Part shown: positions 19,623-29,862 of the stretch, piece after piece
Numbering within the stretch: the stretch's first letter is position 1
How the letters are laid out: each line of letters begins with the position of its first letter
DNA from: Escherichia coli
GTDB taxonomy: Bacteria > Pseudomonadota > Gammaproteobacteria > Enterobacterales > Enterobacteriaceae
Direction: 5' to 3' (one strand)
Assembly: GCF_041886205.1 (NCBI RefSeq)
Contig: NZ_CP169029.1
Length of the DNA: 64,000 nucleotides
Notes under the pieces: model-generated
The model's database searches: none
Seen by the model: only the letters and a program-made list of their open reading frames with translations
Told to the model about the DNA's origin: nothing
Program-made: the position numbers and the translations under genes

Positions 19623-20165
19623 ATGAAACGTTCAATTATTGCTGCCGCTGTCTTTTCTTCTTTTTTTATGAGCGCTGGAGTATTTGCTGCAGACGTTGAT
19701 ACCGGAACATTAACCATTAAAGGAAATATTGCAGAATCTCCGTGTAAATTCGAAGCGGGTGGTGATTCAGTAAGTATTAATATGCCGACTGTACCAACCA
19801 CTGTCTTTGAAGGTAAAGCTAAATATTCTACCTATGATGATGCAGTCGGTGTAACCAGCAGCATGTTAAAAATTAGCTGCCCGAAAGAAGTTGCTGGTGT
19901 AAAACTCTCGTTGATTACCAACGATAAAATAACTGGTAACGATAAGGCGATAGCCAGTAGCAACGATACCGTGGGGTACTATCTCTATTTAGGTGATAAC
20001 AGCGATATCCTGGATATTTCTGCACCTTTTAACATTGAGAGTTATAAAACAGCGGAAGGTCAATATGCTATTCCGTTTAAAGCAAAATACCTGAAACTGA
20101 CAGATAACTCAGTGCAATCAGGTGATGTGTTATCTTCTCTGGTTATGCGTGTGGCGCAGGATTAA
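19623..20165 (+). CDS. yehD: Fimbrial major-subunit-like protein (180 aa)
   Basis: It has a signal peptide (MKRSIIAAAVFSSFFMSAGVFA), the pilin Cys pair (ESPCKF...ISCPKE) and a C-terminal beta-strand motif. It is the first gene of the chaperone-usher cluster. Confidence 0.9.
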   Translation: MKRSIIAAAVFSSFFMSAGVFAADVDTGTLTIKGNIAESPCKFEAGGDSVSINMPTVPTTVFEGKAKYSTYDDAVGVTSSMLKISCPKEVAGVKLSLITNDKITGNDKAIASSNDTVGYYLYLGDNSDILDISAPFNIESYKTAEGQYAIPFKAKYLKLTDNSVQSGDVLSSLVMRVAQD

Positions 20166-20246
20166 TAAATAAAAATTGCAAGTTTCTCCAGGTAATAAAC
20201 ATGGCCGCTATCCCCATGGCGGCTTTTTAATTTAAGAGGCATTAAG

Positions 20247-20921
20247 ATGAAAGGATTATTATCTTTACTCATTTTTTCTATGGTCCTTCCTGCGCATGCC
20301 GGAATTGTTATCTACGGGACGCGCATTATTTACCCGGCAGAAAATAAAGAAGTGATGGTGCAGTTGATGAACCAGGGAAACCGTTCTTCGCTGCTGCAGG
20401 CGTGGATTGATGATGGCGATACGTCGTTACCACCAGAAAAAATTCAGGTTCCTTTCATGTTAACGCCACCAGTGGCAAAAATAGGGGCAAATTCCGGGCA
20501 GCAAGTAAAAATCAAAATTATGCCGAATAAACTGCCCACTAATAAAGAAAGCATTTTTTATCTGAATGTTCTGGATATTCCACCAAATAGTCCAGAACAA
20601 GAAGGTAAGAATGCACTGAAGTTTGCGATGCAAAACAAAATCAAATTGTTTTACCGGCCGGCGGGTATTGCTCCGGTAAATAAAGCGACCTTTAAAAAGT
20701 TACTGGTAAATCGCAGTGGCAATGGATTGGTGATAAAAAATGACTCAGCTAATTGGGTGACGATTTCGGATGTCAAAGCTAATAATGTCAAAGTCAATTA
20801 TGAAACTATTATGATTGCCCCCTTAGAAAGTCAGAGTGTTAATGTCAGAAGTAATAATGCAAATAACTGGTATCTGACCATTATCGATGACCACGGTAAC
20901 TATATTAGTGACAAAATTTAA
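20247..20921 (+). CDS. yehC: Periplasmic fimbrial chaperone (PapD-like)
   Basis: It has a signal peptide MKGLLSLLIFSMVLPAHA followed by GIVIYGTRIIYP, NxG..SLLQAWID and KLFYRPAG, the typical chaperone signatures. Confidence 0.9.
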   Translation: MKGLLSLLIFSMVLPAHAGIVIYGTRIIYPAENKEVMVQLMNQGNRSSLLQAWIDDGDTSLPPEKIQVPFMLTPPVAKIGANSGQQVKIKIMPNKLPTNKESIFYLNVLDIPPNSPEQEGKNALKFAMQNKIKLFYRPAGIAPVNKATFKKLLVNRSGNGLVIKNDSANWVTISDVKANNVKVNYETIMIAPLESQSVNVRSNNANNWYLTIIDDHGNYISDKI

Positions 20922-22932
20922 TTGCAGGAGCTGCCTATGTTGAGAATGACCCCACTTGCATCAGCAATCGTAGCGTTATTGCTCGGCATTGAAGCTTATG
21001 CAGCTGAAGAAACCTTTGATACCCATTTTATGATAGGTGGAATGAAAGACCAGCAGGTTGCAAATATTCGTCTTGATGATAATCAACCCTTACCTGGGCA
21101 GTATGACATCGATATTTATGTCAATAAGCAATGGCGCGGGAAATATGAGATTATTGTTAAAGACAACCCGCAAGAAACATGTTTATCAAGAGAGGTTATC
21201 AAGCGGTTAGGCATTAATAGCGATAACTTCGCCAGCGGTAAGCAATGTTTAACATTTGAGCAACTTGTTCAGGGTGGGAGCTATACCTGGGATATCGGGG
21301 TTTTTCGTCTCGATTTCAGTGTCCCGCAGGCCTGGGTGGAAGAACTGGAAAGTGGCTATGTTCCACCGGAAAACTGGGAGCGGGGTATTAATGCGTTTTA
21401 TACCTCTTATTATCTGAGTCAGTATTACAGTGACTATAAAGCGTCGGGTAATAGTAAGAGTACATATGTACGTTTTAACAGCGGGTTAAATTTACTGGGG
21501 TGGCAACTGCATTCTGATGCCAGTTTCAGTAAAACAAATAACAATCCAGGGGTGTGGAAAAGTAATACCCTGTATCTGGAACGTGGATTTGCCCAACTTC
21601 TCGGCACGCTTCGCGTGGGTGATATGTACACATCAAGCGATATTTTTGATTCTGTTCGCTTCAGCGGTGTGCGGTTGTTTCGTGATATGCAGATGTTGCC
21701 TAACTCGAAACAAAATTTTACGCCACGGGTGCAGGGGATTGCTCAGAGTAACGCGCTGGTAACTATTGAACAGAACGGTTTTGTCGTTTATCAGAAAGAG
21801 GTTCCTCCTGGCCCGTTCGCGATTACAGATTTGCAGTTGGCCGGTGGTGGAGCAGATCTTGATGTCAGCGTGAAAGAGGCGGACGGCTCGGTAACCACCT
21901 ATCTGGTGCCTTATGCAGCGGTGCCAAATATGCTGCAACCCGGCGTGTCGAAATATGATTTTGCGGCGGGTCGTAGCCATATTGAAGGGGCGAGCAAACA
22001 AAGTGATTTTGTCCAGGCGGGTTATCAGTATGGTTTTAATAATTTATTGACGCTGTATGGTGGCTCGATGGTCGCGAATAATTATTACGCGTTTACTTTG
22101 GGGACTGGCTGGAATACACGCATTGGTGCCATTTCCGTCGATGCCACGAAGTCGCATAGTAAACAAGACAACGACGATGTGTTTGACGGGCAAAGTTATC
22201 AAATTGCCTACAACAAATTTGTGAGCCAAACGTCGACGCGTTTTGGTCTGGCGGCCTGGCGTTATTCATCGCGTGATTACCGGACATTTAATGATCACGT
22301 TTGGGCAAACAATAAAGATAATTATCGCCGTGATGAAAACGATGTCTATGACATTGCCGATTATTACCAGAACGATTTTGGCCGTAAAAATAGCTTCTCT
22401 GCCAATATGAGCCAGTCATTGCCAGAAGGCTGGGGGTCTGTGTCCTTAAGTACGTTATGGCGAGATTACTGGGGGCGTAGCGGCAGCAGTAAGGATTATC
22501 AGTTGAGTTATTCCAATAACTGGCGGCGGATAAGCTATATCCTCGCGGCAAGCCAGGCGTATGACGAGAATCATCATGAAGAGAAACGTTTTAATATTTT
22601 TATATCGATTCCCTTTGATTGGGGTGATGACGTTACGACGCCTCGTCGGCAAATATATATGTCTAACTCAACGACGTTTGATGATCAGGGGTTTGCCTCA
22701 AATAATACGGGATTATCAGGAACCGTTGGAAGCCGGGATCAGTTTAACTATGGGGTCAACCTGAGTTATCAGAATCAGGGAAATGAAACGACAGCTGGGG
22801 CGAATTTGACCTGGAACGCGCCGGTTGCGACAGTGAATGGCAGTTATAGTCAGTCGAGTACTTATCGACAGGCTGGAGCCAGTGTTTCAGGGGGCATTGT
22901 CGCCTGGTCGGGGGGCGTTAATCTGGCGAACC

Positions 22933-22941
22933 GTCTTTCCG
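22933..22941. repeat. IS1 target-site duplication, left copy (GTCTTTCCG)
   Basis: The identical 9-mer recurs at 23710..23718, immediately flanking the IS1 ends. Confidence 0.95.
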
Positions 22942-22956
22942 GGTAATGACTCCAAC

Positions 22957-23460
22957 TTATTGATAGTGTTTTATGTTCAGATAATGCCCGATAACTTTGT
23001 CATGCAGCTCCACCGATTTTGAGAACGACAGTGACTTCCTGCCCAGCCTTGCCAGATGCTGCCTCAGATTCAGGTTATGCCGCTCAATGCGCTGCGTATA
23101 TCGCTTGCTGATAACGTGCAGTTCTCCCTTCAGGCGTGATTCATAAAGCGGCCAGCCATCCGTCATCCATACCACGACCTCAAAGGCCGACAGCAGGCCC
23201 AGAAGACGCTCCAGCGTCGCCATAGTGCGTTCACCGAATACGTGCGCAACAACCGTCTTCCGGAGCCTGTCATACGCGTAAAACAGCCAGCGCTGGCGCG
23301 ATTTAGCCCCGACATAGCCCCACTGTTCGTCCATTTCCGCGCAGACGATGACGTCACTGCCCGGCTGTATGCGCGAGGTTACCGACTGCGGCCTGAGTTT
23401 TTTAAGTGACGTAAAATCGTGTTGAGGCCAACGCCCATAATGCGGGCAGTTGCCCGGCAT
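22957..23460 (-). CDS. insB: IS1 InsB' frame, expressed as the InsAB' transposase by -1 frameshifting
   Basis: ORF 22957..23460 overlaps the insA 3' end. The slippery A6C lies in the overlap. Confidence 0.9.
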
Positions 23461-23654
23461 CCAACGCCATTCATGGCCATATCAATGATTTTCTGGTGCG
23501 TACCGGGTTGAGAAGCGGTGTAAGTGAACTGCAGTTGCCATGTTTTACGGCAGTGAGAGCAGAGATAGCGCTGATGTCCGGCGGTGCTTTTGCCGTTACG
23601 TACCACCCCGTCAGTAGCTGAACAGGAGGGACAGCTGATAGAAACAGAAGCCAC
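23379..23654 (-). CDS. insA: IS1 InsA (91 aa)
   Basis: [46 protein letters not shown]..., the canonical IS1 InsA zinc-finger/HTH protein. Confidence 0.95.
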
Positions 23655-23709
23655 TGGAGCACCTCAAAAACACCATCATACACTAAATCAGTAAGTTGGC
23701 AGCATCACC

Positions 23710-23718
23710 GTCTTTCCG
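23710..23718. repeat. IS1 target-site duplication, right copy (GTCTTTCCG)
   Basis: See the left copy at 22933..22941. Confidence 0.95.
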
Positions 23719-24204
23719 AAACGTTTGCTGTGATGAATGCGCCAGGAATTAAAGATGCTTATGTCAATGGGCAAAAATATCGCACAACAAACCTTAATGG
23801 AGTGGTGGTATACGACGGAATGACACCTTATCGGGAAAATCACCTGATGCTGGATGTGTCGCAAAGCGATAGCGAAGCAGAATTACGTGGCAACCGGAAA
23901 ATTGCCGCCCCTTATCGCGGCGCGGTTGTACTGGTTAATTTTGATACCGATCAGCGCAAGCCATGGTTTATAAAAGCGTTAAGAGCAGATGGGCAACCAT
24001 TAACGTTTGGTTATGAAGTCAATGATATCCATGGTCATAATATTGGCGTTGTCGGCCAGGGAAGTCAGTTATTTATTCGCACCAATGAAGTACCGCCAGC
24101 GGTTAATGTAGCAATTGATAAGCAACAAGGACTTTCATGCACAATCACCTTCGGTAATGAGATTGATGAAAGTAGAAATTATATCTGTCGGTGAGAGGTG
24201 GAAT

Positions 24205-25239
24205 ATGATGTTCAGAAATGGAATGTTACTAATATTTATTTTATGGGCTAATTTTACCTGGGCTGGATGTCGTACCACTGCATCATTAAATATTACAGAT
24301 AGTATTAATGTGGGGGAGATTTTAGCGAATGAGGTTTCCTTTAGTAAAAATGTCGTGTTTACTGGGATATCTTGTGATACGAGCACGGATAAAATAGTTT
24401 ATAAAAATATCCAAAGTGATTGGGTTGAAGTTGGGCCTTTTGGTAATGGTGAAAAGTTAAAGGTTAAAATAGAGTCTTTAGGTAAAACCAGTGAGACGAT
24501 TGGGAAATCCAGCAATGCGCAGGCAGAATTACCCTATGTGGTTAAAATTGCCAGAGGTACACTTGATTTTACTGGAGAAAGAAAACCAACCTGGTTTCTT
24601 TCAGATACTGTGATTGCAAATATTGGCGGTGAGTCATCTACATCCATCGACTTTTGGTTGGGAATTTGTAAGACATTGAAGATTAACTGGTGTGTAAGTT
24701 ATCTCACCAGTAAACTGGCGGGGGATACATTTACGCTTGGGTTAAGCATTTCCTATTATCCTAAAAATACGACCTGTAAGCCTGAAAACATAATAATAAA
24801 AGTAGATGATATTGCCTTGTCCCAGCTCAGAAGTCAGGGAAAGATTACGGCGAACAGTAAGGAAGGAGTAATTACGTTGAAATGTGATAATCTTTTCGGC
24901 GACAAAAACCAAGCATCGCGGAATATGGTCGTATATCTTTCCAGCAGTGACTTAGTTACAGGAAGCAATACAATTTTGCGTGGAAATATAGATAATGGTG
25001 TAGGATTTGTGTTGGATCTAAAAGAACCACCAAAAGGGACTGAAGCTGCCATCAAAATTTCTGCTAGCGGCAATCAGGGCGCGGCGACATCATTATGGAA
25101 AACAGATAAACCTGGGACTTCTTTAAATAGCAATATTATTAATATACCAATCATGGCCAGTTACTACGTCTACGATACAAACAAAGTTAAATCTGGCGCA
25201 CTGGAGGCAACCGCATTAATCAACGTGAAATACGACTAA
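24205..25239 (+). CDS. yehA: Fimbrial tip-adhesin-like protein (344 aa)
   Basis: ORF 24115..25239. The start is taken at ATG 24205 (MMFRNGMLLIFILWANFTWAG signal peptide), preceded by GAGAGG. The longer extension overlaps the yehB 3' end. Confidence 0.85.
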   Translation: MMFRNGMLLIFILWANFTWAGCRTTASLNITDSINVGEILANEVSFSKNVVFTGISCDTSTDKIVYKNIQSDWVEVGPFGNGEKLKVKIESLGKTSETIGKSSNAQAELPYVVKIARGTLDFTGERKPTWFLSDTVIANIGGESSTSIDFWLGICKTLKINWCVSYLTSKLAGDTFTLGLSISYYPKNTTCKPENIIIKVDDIALSQLRSQGKITANSKEGVITLKCDNLFGDKNQASRNMVVYLSSSDLVTGSNTILRGNIDNGVGFVLDLKEPPKGTEAAIKISASGNQGAATSLWKTDKPGTSLNSNIINIPIMASYYVYDTNKVKSGALEATALINVKYD

Positions 25240-25295
25240 TAACAAGCAAGACGAGCAAGTGGCTAATAATAAAAAATAACAAGGTGTCTGCATTT

Positions 25296-25322
25296 CCCCC
25301 TCATGATGAGGGGGCTTTTTTT
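25296..25322 (+). terminator. Rho-independent terminator of the yeh fimbrial operon
   Basis: Stem CCCCCTCAT / ATGAGGGGG followed by CTTTTTTT. It abuts the rcnB stop on the opposite strand. Confidence 0.85.
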
Positions 25323-25659
25323 AGCGATGATAAAAAATCTCACCGTCGTAGGCTTTAATGATTTTACCGTCGGTGTCGCTGATCAACACGTACGCGCCAC
25401 CCATATAGGTCCAGTGCGTCCCGGCATCAGGCGCGGGCAGGTTACGTAACTGCCACTGCTTAATGTTGTACTCATCGGTGCGGTACATCTCTGGGACGGT
25501 ATCGCCTGGTTTGAAATGCTTAAAGTCAGCAATGAAACTGCTTAACTCATACTTAGAAATTCCCGAGGTATTGGTCGAACCCGCGGTGGCTGGTGCGGCC
25601 CAGGCGGCACTGGTAACCAGCAAAAGCGCACCCAGTGACATCTTATTTTTAATGGTCAT
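25321..25659 (-). CDS. rcnB: Periplasmic Ni/Co homeostasis protein RcnB (112 aa)
   Basis: ORF 25321..25884. The start is taken at MTIKNKMSLGALLLVTSAAWA (signal peptide), which gives the recalled 112-aa RcnB/YohN. Confidence 0.88.
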   Translation of the reverse strand: MTIKNKMSLGALLLVTSAAWAAPATAGSTNTSGISKYELSSFIADFKHFKPGDTVPEMYRTDEYNIKQWQLRNLPAPDAGTHWTYMGGAYVLISDTDGKIIKAYDGEIFYHR

Positions 25660-25880
25660 AAACTCTCCACTTTGGGGATCTGTAATATCAGTCGCATATC
25701 TTTCCTGCCATACAATATAACTGACAAGCGATATTTTGTTAGTGATCCCATGATTTCGTAAAAAGTGTAAATGAAAGGATGCCCTAAAAGCATCCTTAGC
25801 GAGCAGAGAGTCAGCGGAAATAGCTGATTTAAGAATCATCCTGGGCTGAAGATAACATGCAAGCCTAAAGGATTGAGTTA

Positions 25881-26727
25881 TCACATTATGCCCATGAAGC
25901 CATGTACGCCCATATACACACCGACTAAGCCAATCAACAGACTGGAAAAATAGGGGGCGCGTTTAGCGAGAGTGTTAAATCCGCTCCAGCGTTTTGCGAC
26001 CTGCTGAACGCTGATTGCTGCGCCAACGCCTACGGTGACAAGCGTTAACGCCAGGCCAATGCTGAAACTGACGACCAGTGTTGCGCCCAGTGTCAGGGCT
26101 TTCAACTGAATGCATATCAACAGCACGGTAATTGCTGCCGGGCAGGGGATAAGGCCACCGGTTAAGCCAAATAACAAAATTTGCCAGTTGGTGACCTCTC
26201 TACCATCAAAGCGTCGTTTAATGTCATTGGCATGGGCTCGTGCATGGGCATCCTGATACTCGCCATGTTCGTGATGGTGATGATGTCCATGGTCGAGGTG
26301 ATGTTCGTGGTCTTGATGATGTTCGTGATCGTGATGATGGTGATGATGCTCATAATCATGCCCGTGCATATTCTCCAGCCAGTTGCGTTCGCCGCGCCAG
26401 GTACGCCAGAACATCCAGAACGCGGTGCCAATAATGATCACTGCGGAAATCAGCTGGAGCCACGGTTCTGCTGATTGAGCAGTAAAGCGCTTACTGATCA
26501 CCATCCCGCCAAAGGCAATCAACCAGACCACCGCGGTATGCGAAATGGTTGCTGCCAGTCCGAGCATCACCGCCTGTTTAATGGTGCCTTTGGATGGCGA
26601 TGATAAACGCCGCCATCATCGTTTTTGAGTGCCCTGGTTCCAGGCCATGAAGCGCACCAAGTAAGATGGCGCTGGGGATGAAGAACCAGGCGTTTCCTTG
26701 CTGAAGAAGAGTTGTAAATTCGGTCAT
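25881..26727 (-). pseudogene. rcnA: Ni/Co efflux protein RcnA with a frameshift after codon ~45
   Basis: ATG 26727 reads MTEFTTLLQQGNAWFFIPSAILLGALHGLEPGHSKTMMAAFIIAI, then QRHH-stop at 26578-26580. The rest of the protein (…KGTIKQAVMLGLAATISHTAVVW…, the His-rich loop, …GFMGIM) continues in another frame to 25881. The junction is at CCATCCAAAGG (about 26592). Confidence 0.8.
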
Positions 26728-26764
26728 GATAATAATTCTTAGTATTAATTCGGCAATCTGATTC

Positions 26765-26799
26765 TACTCCCCCCCAGTACCTGATACTCCCCCCCAGTA
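26765..26799. promoter_or_regulatory. Two tandem RcnR operator sites (TACT-C7-AGTA) in the rcnA-rcnR divergent promoter
   Basis: TACTCCCCCCCAGTA occurs at 26765..26779 and again at 26785..26799. This matches the G/C-tract inverted repeat described for RcnR binding (recalled). Confidence 0.8.
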
Positions 26800-26847
26800 G
26801 ATTAATAGTGCTATGATTTTTCATATTCTTGTTAACCAGGTGTTGCC

Positions 26848-27120
26848 ATGTCTCATACAATCCGTGATAAACAGAAACTGAAAGCGCGTGCCAGTAAGAT
26901 TCAGGGCCAGGTCGTGGCGCTCAAGAAAATGCTCGACGAACCGCACGAATGCGCTGCAGTTTTACAACAGATTGCTGCTATCCGTGGAGCGGTAAACGGT
27001 CTGATGCGGGAAGTGATTAAAGGTCATCTGACGGAACACATCGTTCACCAGGGGGATGAGCTAAAACGTGAAGAAGATCTGGATGTCGTTCTGAAGGTGC
27101 TGGATTCATATATCAAATAA
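26848..27120 (+). CDS. rcnR: Ni/Co-responsive repressor RcnR (CsoR/RcnR family, 90 aa)
   Basis: [44 protein letters not shown]..., including the His3/Cys35/His60/His64-type ligand pattern. Confidence 0.95.
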
Positions 27121-27217
27121 TTTATTAACGCGATTGTAAAACTGCCGTTTTTCCTCGTTTACAACGGGTGCGCTGGACATTACCATCCTCCTCTGCGATT
27201 TATCATCGCAACCAAAC

Positions 27218-27342
27218 GACTCGGGGTGCCCTTCTGCGTGAAGGCTGAGAAATACCCGTATCACCTGATCTGGATAATGCCAGCGTAGGGAAGTCACGGA
27301 CCACCAGGTCATTGCTTCTTCACGTTATGGCAGGAGCAAACT
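27218..27342 (+). promoter_or_regulatory. TPP (thi-box) riboswitch controlling thiM translation
   Basis: ACTCGGGGTGCCCTTCTGCGTGAAGGCTGAGAAATACCCGTATCACCTGATCTGGATAATGCCAGCGTAGGGAAGTC is the classic thiM aptamer (CUGAGA and ACCUGAUCUGGAUAAUGCCAGCG elements). The expression platform masks the GGAG upstream of ATG 27343. Confidence 0.95.
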
Positions 27343-28131
27343 ATGCAAGTCGACCTGCTGAGTTCAGCGCAATCTGCGCACGCGTTACACCTTTTTCACC
27401 AACATTCCCCTCTTGTGCACTGCATGACCAACGATGTGGTGCAAACCTTTACTGCCAATACCTTGCTGGCGCTCGGTGCATCGCCAGCGATGGTTATCGA
27501 AACCGAAGAGGCCAGTCAGTTTGCGGCTATTGCTAGTGCGTTGCTGATTAACGTTGGCACGCTGACGCAGCCACGCGCACAGGCGATGCGTGCCGCCGTT
27601 GAGCAAGCAAAAAGCTCTCAAACCCCCTGGACGCTTGATCCAGTAGCGGTTGGTGCGCTCGATTATCGCCGCCATTTTTGTCATGAACTTTTATCTTTTA
27701 AACCGGCAGCGATACGTAGTAATGCTTCGGAAATCATGGCATTAGCTGGCGTTGCTAATGGCGGACGGGGAGTGGAAACCACTGACGCCGCAGCTAACGC
27801 GATACCCGCTGCACAAACACTGGCACGGGAAACTGGCGCAATCGTCGTGGTCACAGGCGAGGTGGATTATGTTACCGATGGGCATCGTATCGTTGGCATT
27901 CACGGTGGCGATCCGCTAATGACCAAAGTGGTAGGAACTGGCTGTGCATTATCGGCGGTTGTTGCTGCCTGTTGTGCGTTACCAGGCGATACGCTGGAAA
28001 ATGTCGCATCTGCCTGTCACTGGATGAAACAAGCCGGAGAACGCGCAGTCGCCAGAAGCGAGGGACCAGGCAGTTTTGTTCCACATTTCCTTGATGCGCT
28101 CTGGCAATTGACGCAGGAGGTGCAGGCATGA
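27343..28131 (+). CDS. thiM: Hydroxyethylthiazole kinase
   Basis: 262-aa ORF immediately after the TPP riboswitch. It overlaps thiD by ATGA. Confidence 0.95.
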   Translation: MQVDLLSSAQSAHALHLFHQHSPLVHCMTNDVVQTFTANTLLALGASPAMVIETEEASQFAAIASALLINVGTLTQPRAQAMRAAVEQAKSSQTPWTLDPVAVGALDYRRHFCHELLSFKPAAIRSNASEIMALAGVANGGRGVETTDAAANAIPAAQTLARETGAIVVVTGEVDYVTDGHRIVGIHGGDPLMTKVVGTGCALSAVVAACCALPGDTLENVASACHWMKQAGERAVARSEGPGSFVPHFLDALWQLTQEVQA

Positions 28132-28928
28132 CACGAATTAACGCTCTGACGATTGCCGGTACTGATCCGAGTGGTGGTGCGGGGATTCAGGCCGATCTTA
28201 AAACCTTCTCGGCACTTGGCGCTTATGGTTGCTCAGTTATTACTGCACTGGTGGCGCAAAATACCCGTGGCGTACAGTCGGTGTATCGCATTGAGCCTGA
28301 TTTTGTTGCCGCCCAGCTCGATTCGGTGTTCAGCGATGTGCGAATCGACACCACTAAAATCGGTATGTTGGCGGAAACCGATATTGTTGAAGCGGTGGCA
28401 GAACGGTTGCAACGTTATCAGATCCAAAACGTGGTACTCGACACCGTTATGCTGGCAAAAAGCGGCGATCCGCTGCTTTCACCTTCGGCGGTTGCCACGC
28501 TACGCAGTCGATTATTGCCACAGGTTTCATTAATAACGCCAAACTTGCCCGAAGCTGCCGCCTTGCTCGACGCGCCACACGCGCGCAACGAACAGGAAAT
28601 GCTGGAACAAGGGCGATCGCTGTTGGCGATGGGCTGTGGCGCAGTGCTAATGAAAGGTGGTCATCTGGATGATGAGCAAAGCCCGGACTGGCTGTTTACT
28701 CGCGAGGGTGAACAACGGTTTACCGCACCGCGCATTATGACCAAAAACACCCACGGCACTGGTTGTACGCTCTCTGCGGCGTTGGCTGCACTACGCCCGC
28801 GCCATACAAACTGGGCTGACACCGTACAGGAGGCAAAAAGCTGGCTTTCATCGGCGTTAGCCCAGGCCGACACGCTGGAAGTTGGTCACGGTATTGGTCC
28901 GGTTCACCACTTCCACGCCTGGTGGTGA
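28128..28928 (+). CDS. thiD: Hydroxymethylpyrimidine / phosphomethylpyrimidine kinase
   Basis: 266-aa ORF with PfkB-like motifs ([27 protein letters not shown]). Confidence 0.95.
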   Translation: MTRINALTIAGTDPSGGAGIQADLKTFSALGAYGCSVITALVAQNTRGVQSVYRIEPDFVAAQLDSVFSDVRIDTTKIGMLAETDIVEAVAERLQRYQIQNVVLDTVMLAKSGDPLLSPSAVATLRSRLLPQVSLITPNLPEAAALLDAPHARNEQEMLEQGRSLLAMGCGAVLMKGGHLDDEQSPDWLFTREGEQRFTAPRIMTKNTHGTGCTLSAALAALRPRHTNWADTVQEAKSWLSSALAQADTLEVGHGIGPVHHFHAWW

Positions 28929-28992
28929 GCACCGTACTATAGCTGCTTTGGTTATTGTCAGCCTTTGGCACTGACATTCAGGGATGAAACCA

Positions 28993-29811
28993 ATGCAGCT
29001 AAGAATCACCAGTCGAAAAAAACTCACCGCTTTATTATGCGCTCTTGGGCTAATTTCCATCGTTGCGATTCATCCGCGTCAGACGGTGAATTTTTTCTAT
29101 TCGACAGCAATTCAGATTAAAGACTACATCCACTTCTACGGTTATCGCCCGGTTAAATCTTTCGCTATTCGCATTCCTGCCAGTTACACCATTCACGGAA
29201 TAGATGTTTCGCGCTGGCAGGAACGGATCGACTGGCAGCGGGTGGCAAAAATGCGCGATAACGGTATTCGCTTACAATTTGCCTTTCTTAAGGCGACGGA
29301 AGGCGAAAAGCTGGTGGACCCCTATTTTTCGCGTAACTGGCAACTAAGCCGCGAAAATGGCCTGCTGCGCGGGGCGTATCATTATTTTTCCCCGTCGGTA
29401 TCCGCTTCAGTTCAGGCGAGATTATTTCTGCAAACGGTGGATTTCTCACAAGGCGATTTCCCTGCCGTACTGGACGTAGAAGAACGGGGAAAATTATCGG
29501 CAAAAGAATTACGCAAGCGGGTAAGTCAGTGGCTAAAAATGGTAGAAAAACGCACGGGAAAAAAGCCGATTATTTACTCAGGAGCCGTTTTTTATCACAC
29601 GAATCTGGCGGGCTATTTTAATGAATATCCGTGGTGGGTGGCTCACTATTATCAACGTCGTCCGGACAATGACGGAATGGCCTGGCGCTTCTGGCAGCAT
29701 TCCGACCGTGGACAGGTAGATGGCATCAATGGTCCGGTGGATTTTAATGTGTTTAATGGCACGGTGGAGGAGTTGCAGACATTCGTTGATGGGATTAAAG
29801 AAACGCCTTAA
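28993..29811 (+). CDS. yegX: GH25-family muramidase-like protein with an N-terminal membrane anchor
   Basis: ORF 28984..29811 (alternative ATG at 28984). A hydrophobic N-terminus (LTALLCALGLISIVAI) is followed by GIDVSRWQERIDW and AVLDVEE, which resemble GH25 lysozyme catalytic motifs. Confidence 0.85.
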   Translation: MQLRITSRKKLTALLCALGLISIVAIHPRQTVNFFYSTAIQIKDYIHFYGYRPVKSFAIRIPASYTIHGIDVSRWQERIDWQRVAKMRDNGIRLQFAFLKATEGEKLVDPYFSRNWQLSRENGLLRGAYHYFSPSVSASVQARLFLQTVDFSQGDFPAVLDVEERGKLSAKELRKRVSQWLKMVEKRTGKKPIIYSGAVFYHTNLAGYFNEYPWWVAHYYQRRPDNDGMAWRFWQHSDRGQVDGINGPVDFNVFNGTVEELQTFVDGIKETP

Positions 29812-29862
29812 ATAAGAAGCAGTGATATACTCCCACCAGACTCCCCGGCAGGAAAAAGACAA

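Larger units (their letters stand above)
22942..23709 (-). mobile_element. Complete IS1 element (768 bp)
   Basis: The ends are GGTAATGACTCCAACTTATTGAT... and ...ATCAGTAAGTTGGCAGCATCACC (imperfect terminal inverted repeats). insA and insB' lie on the minus strand. An A6C frameshift motif is at 23397..23403. The element is flanked by a 9-bp direct repeat. Confidence 0.97.
20937..24194 (+). pseudogene. yehB: Fimbrial outer-membrane usher interrupted by IS1
   Basis: The N-terminal part 20937..22941 (MLRMTPLASAIVALLLGIEAYA...) and the C-terminal part to 24194 become one frame once the 768-bp IS1 and one 9-bp duplication are removed. That gives 2005+476 nt = 827 codons including the stop. In the interrupted state the frame stops 3 nt into IS1. 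Confidence 0.9.

Noticed and set aside
20195-20246. A possible upstream start for yehC (ATGGCCGCTATCCCC…) and a hairpin GCCGC…GCGGC followed by TTTTT.
   Set aside because: In this sequence the upstream ATG frame hits TAA after 9 codons, so MKGLLSLL at 20247 is the start. The hairpin has only a 5-6 bp stem and a 10-nt loop. It may be a weak pilin-chaperone attenuator, but the support is too thin to list it as a feature.
24115-24204. The longer 374-codon version of yehA, which starts inside yehB.
   Set aside because: The extension has no signal peptide and overlaps the usher 3' end. ATG 24205 is preceded by GAGAGG and gives a normal signal peptide.
26162-26474. Three overlapping ORFs (89, 97 and 64 codons) on both strands within rcnA.
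   Set aside because: They are by-products of the CAT/CAC/GAT repeat that encodes the RcnA histidine-rich loop. Repetitive codons keep several frames open.
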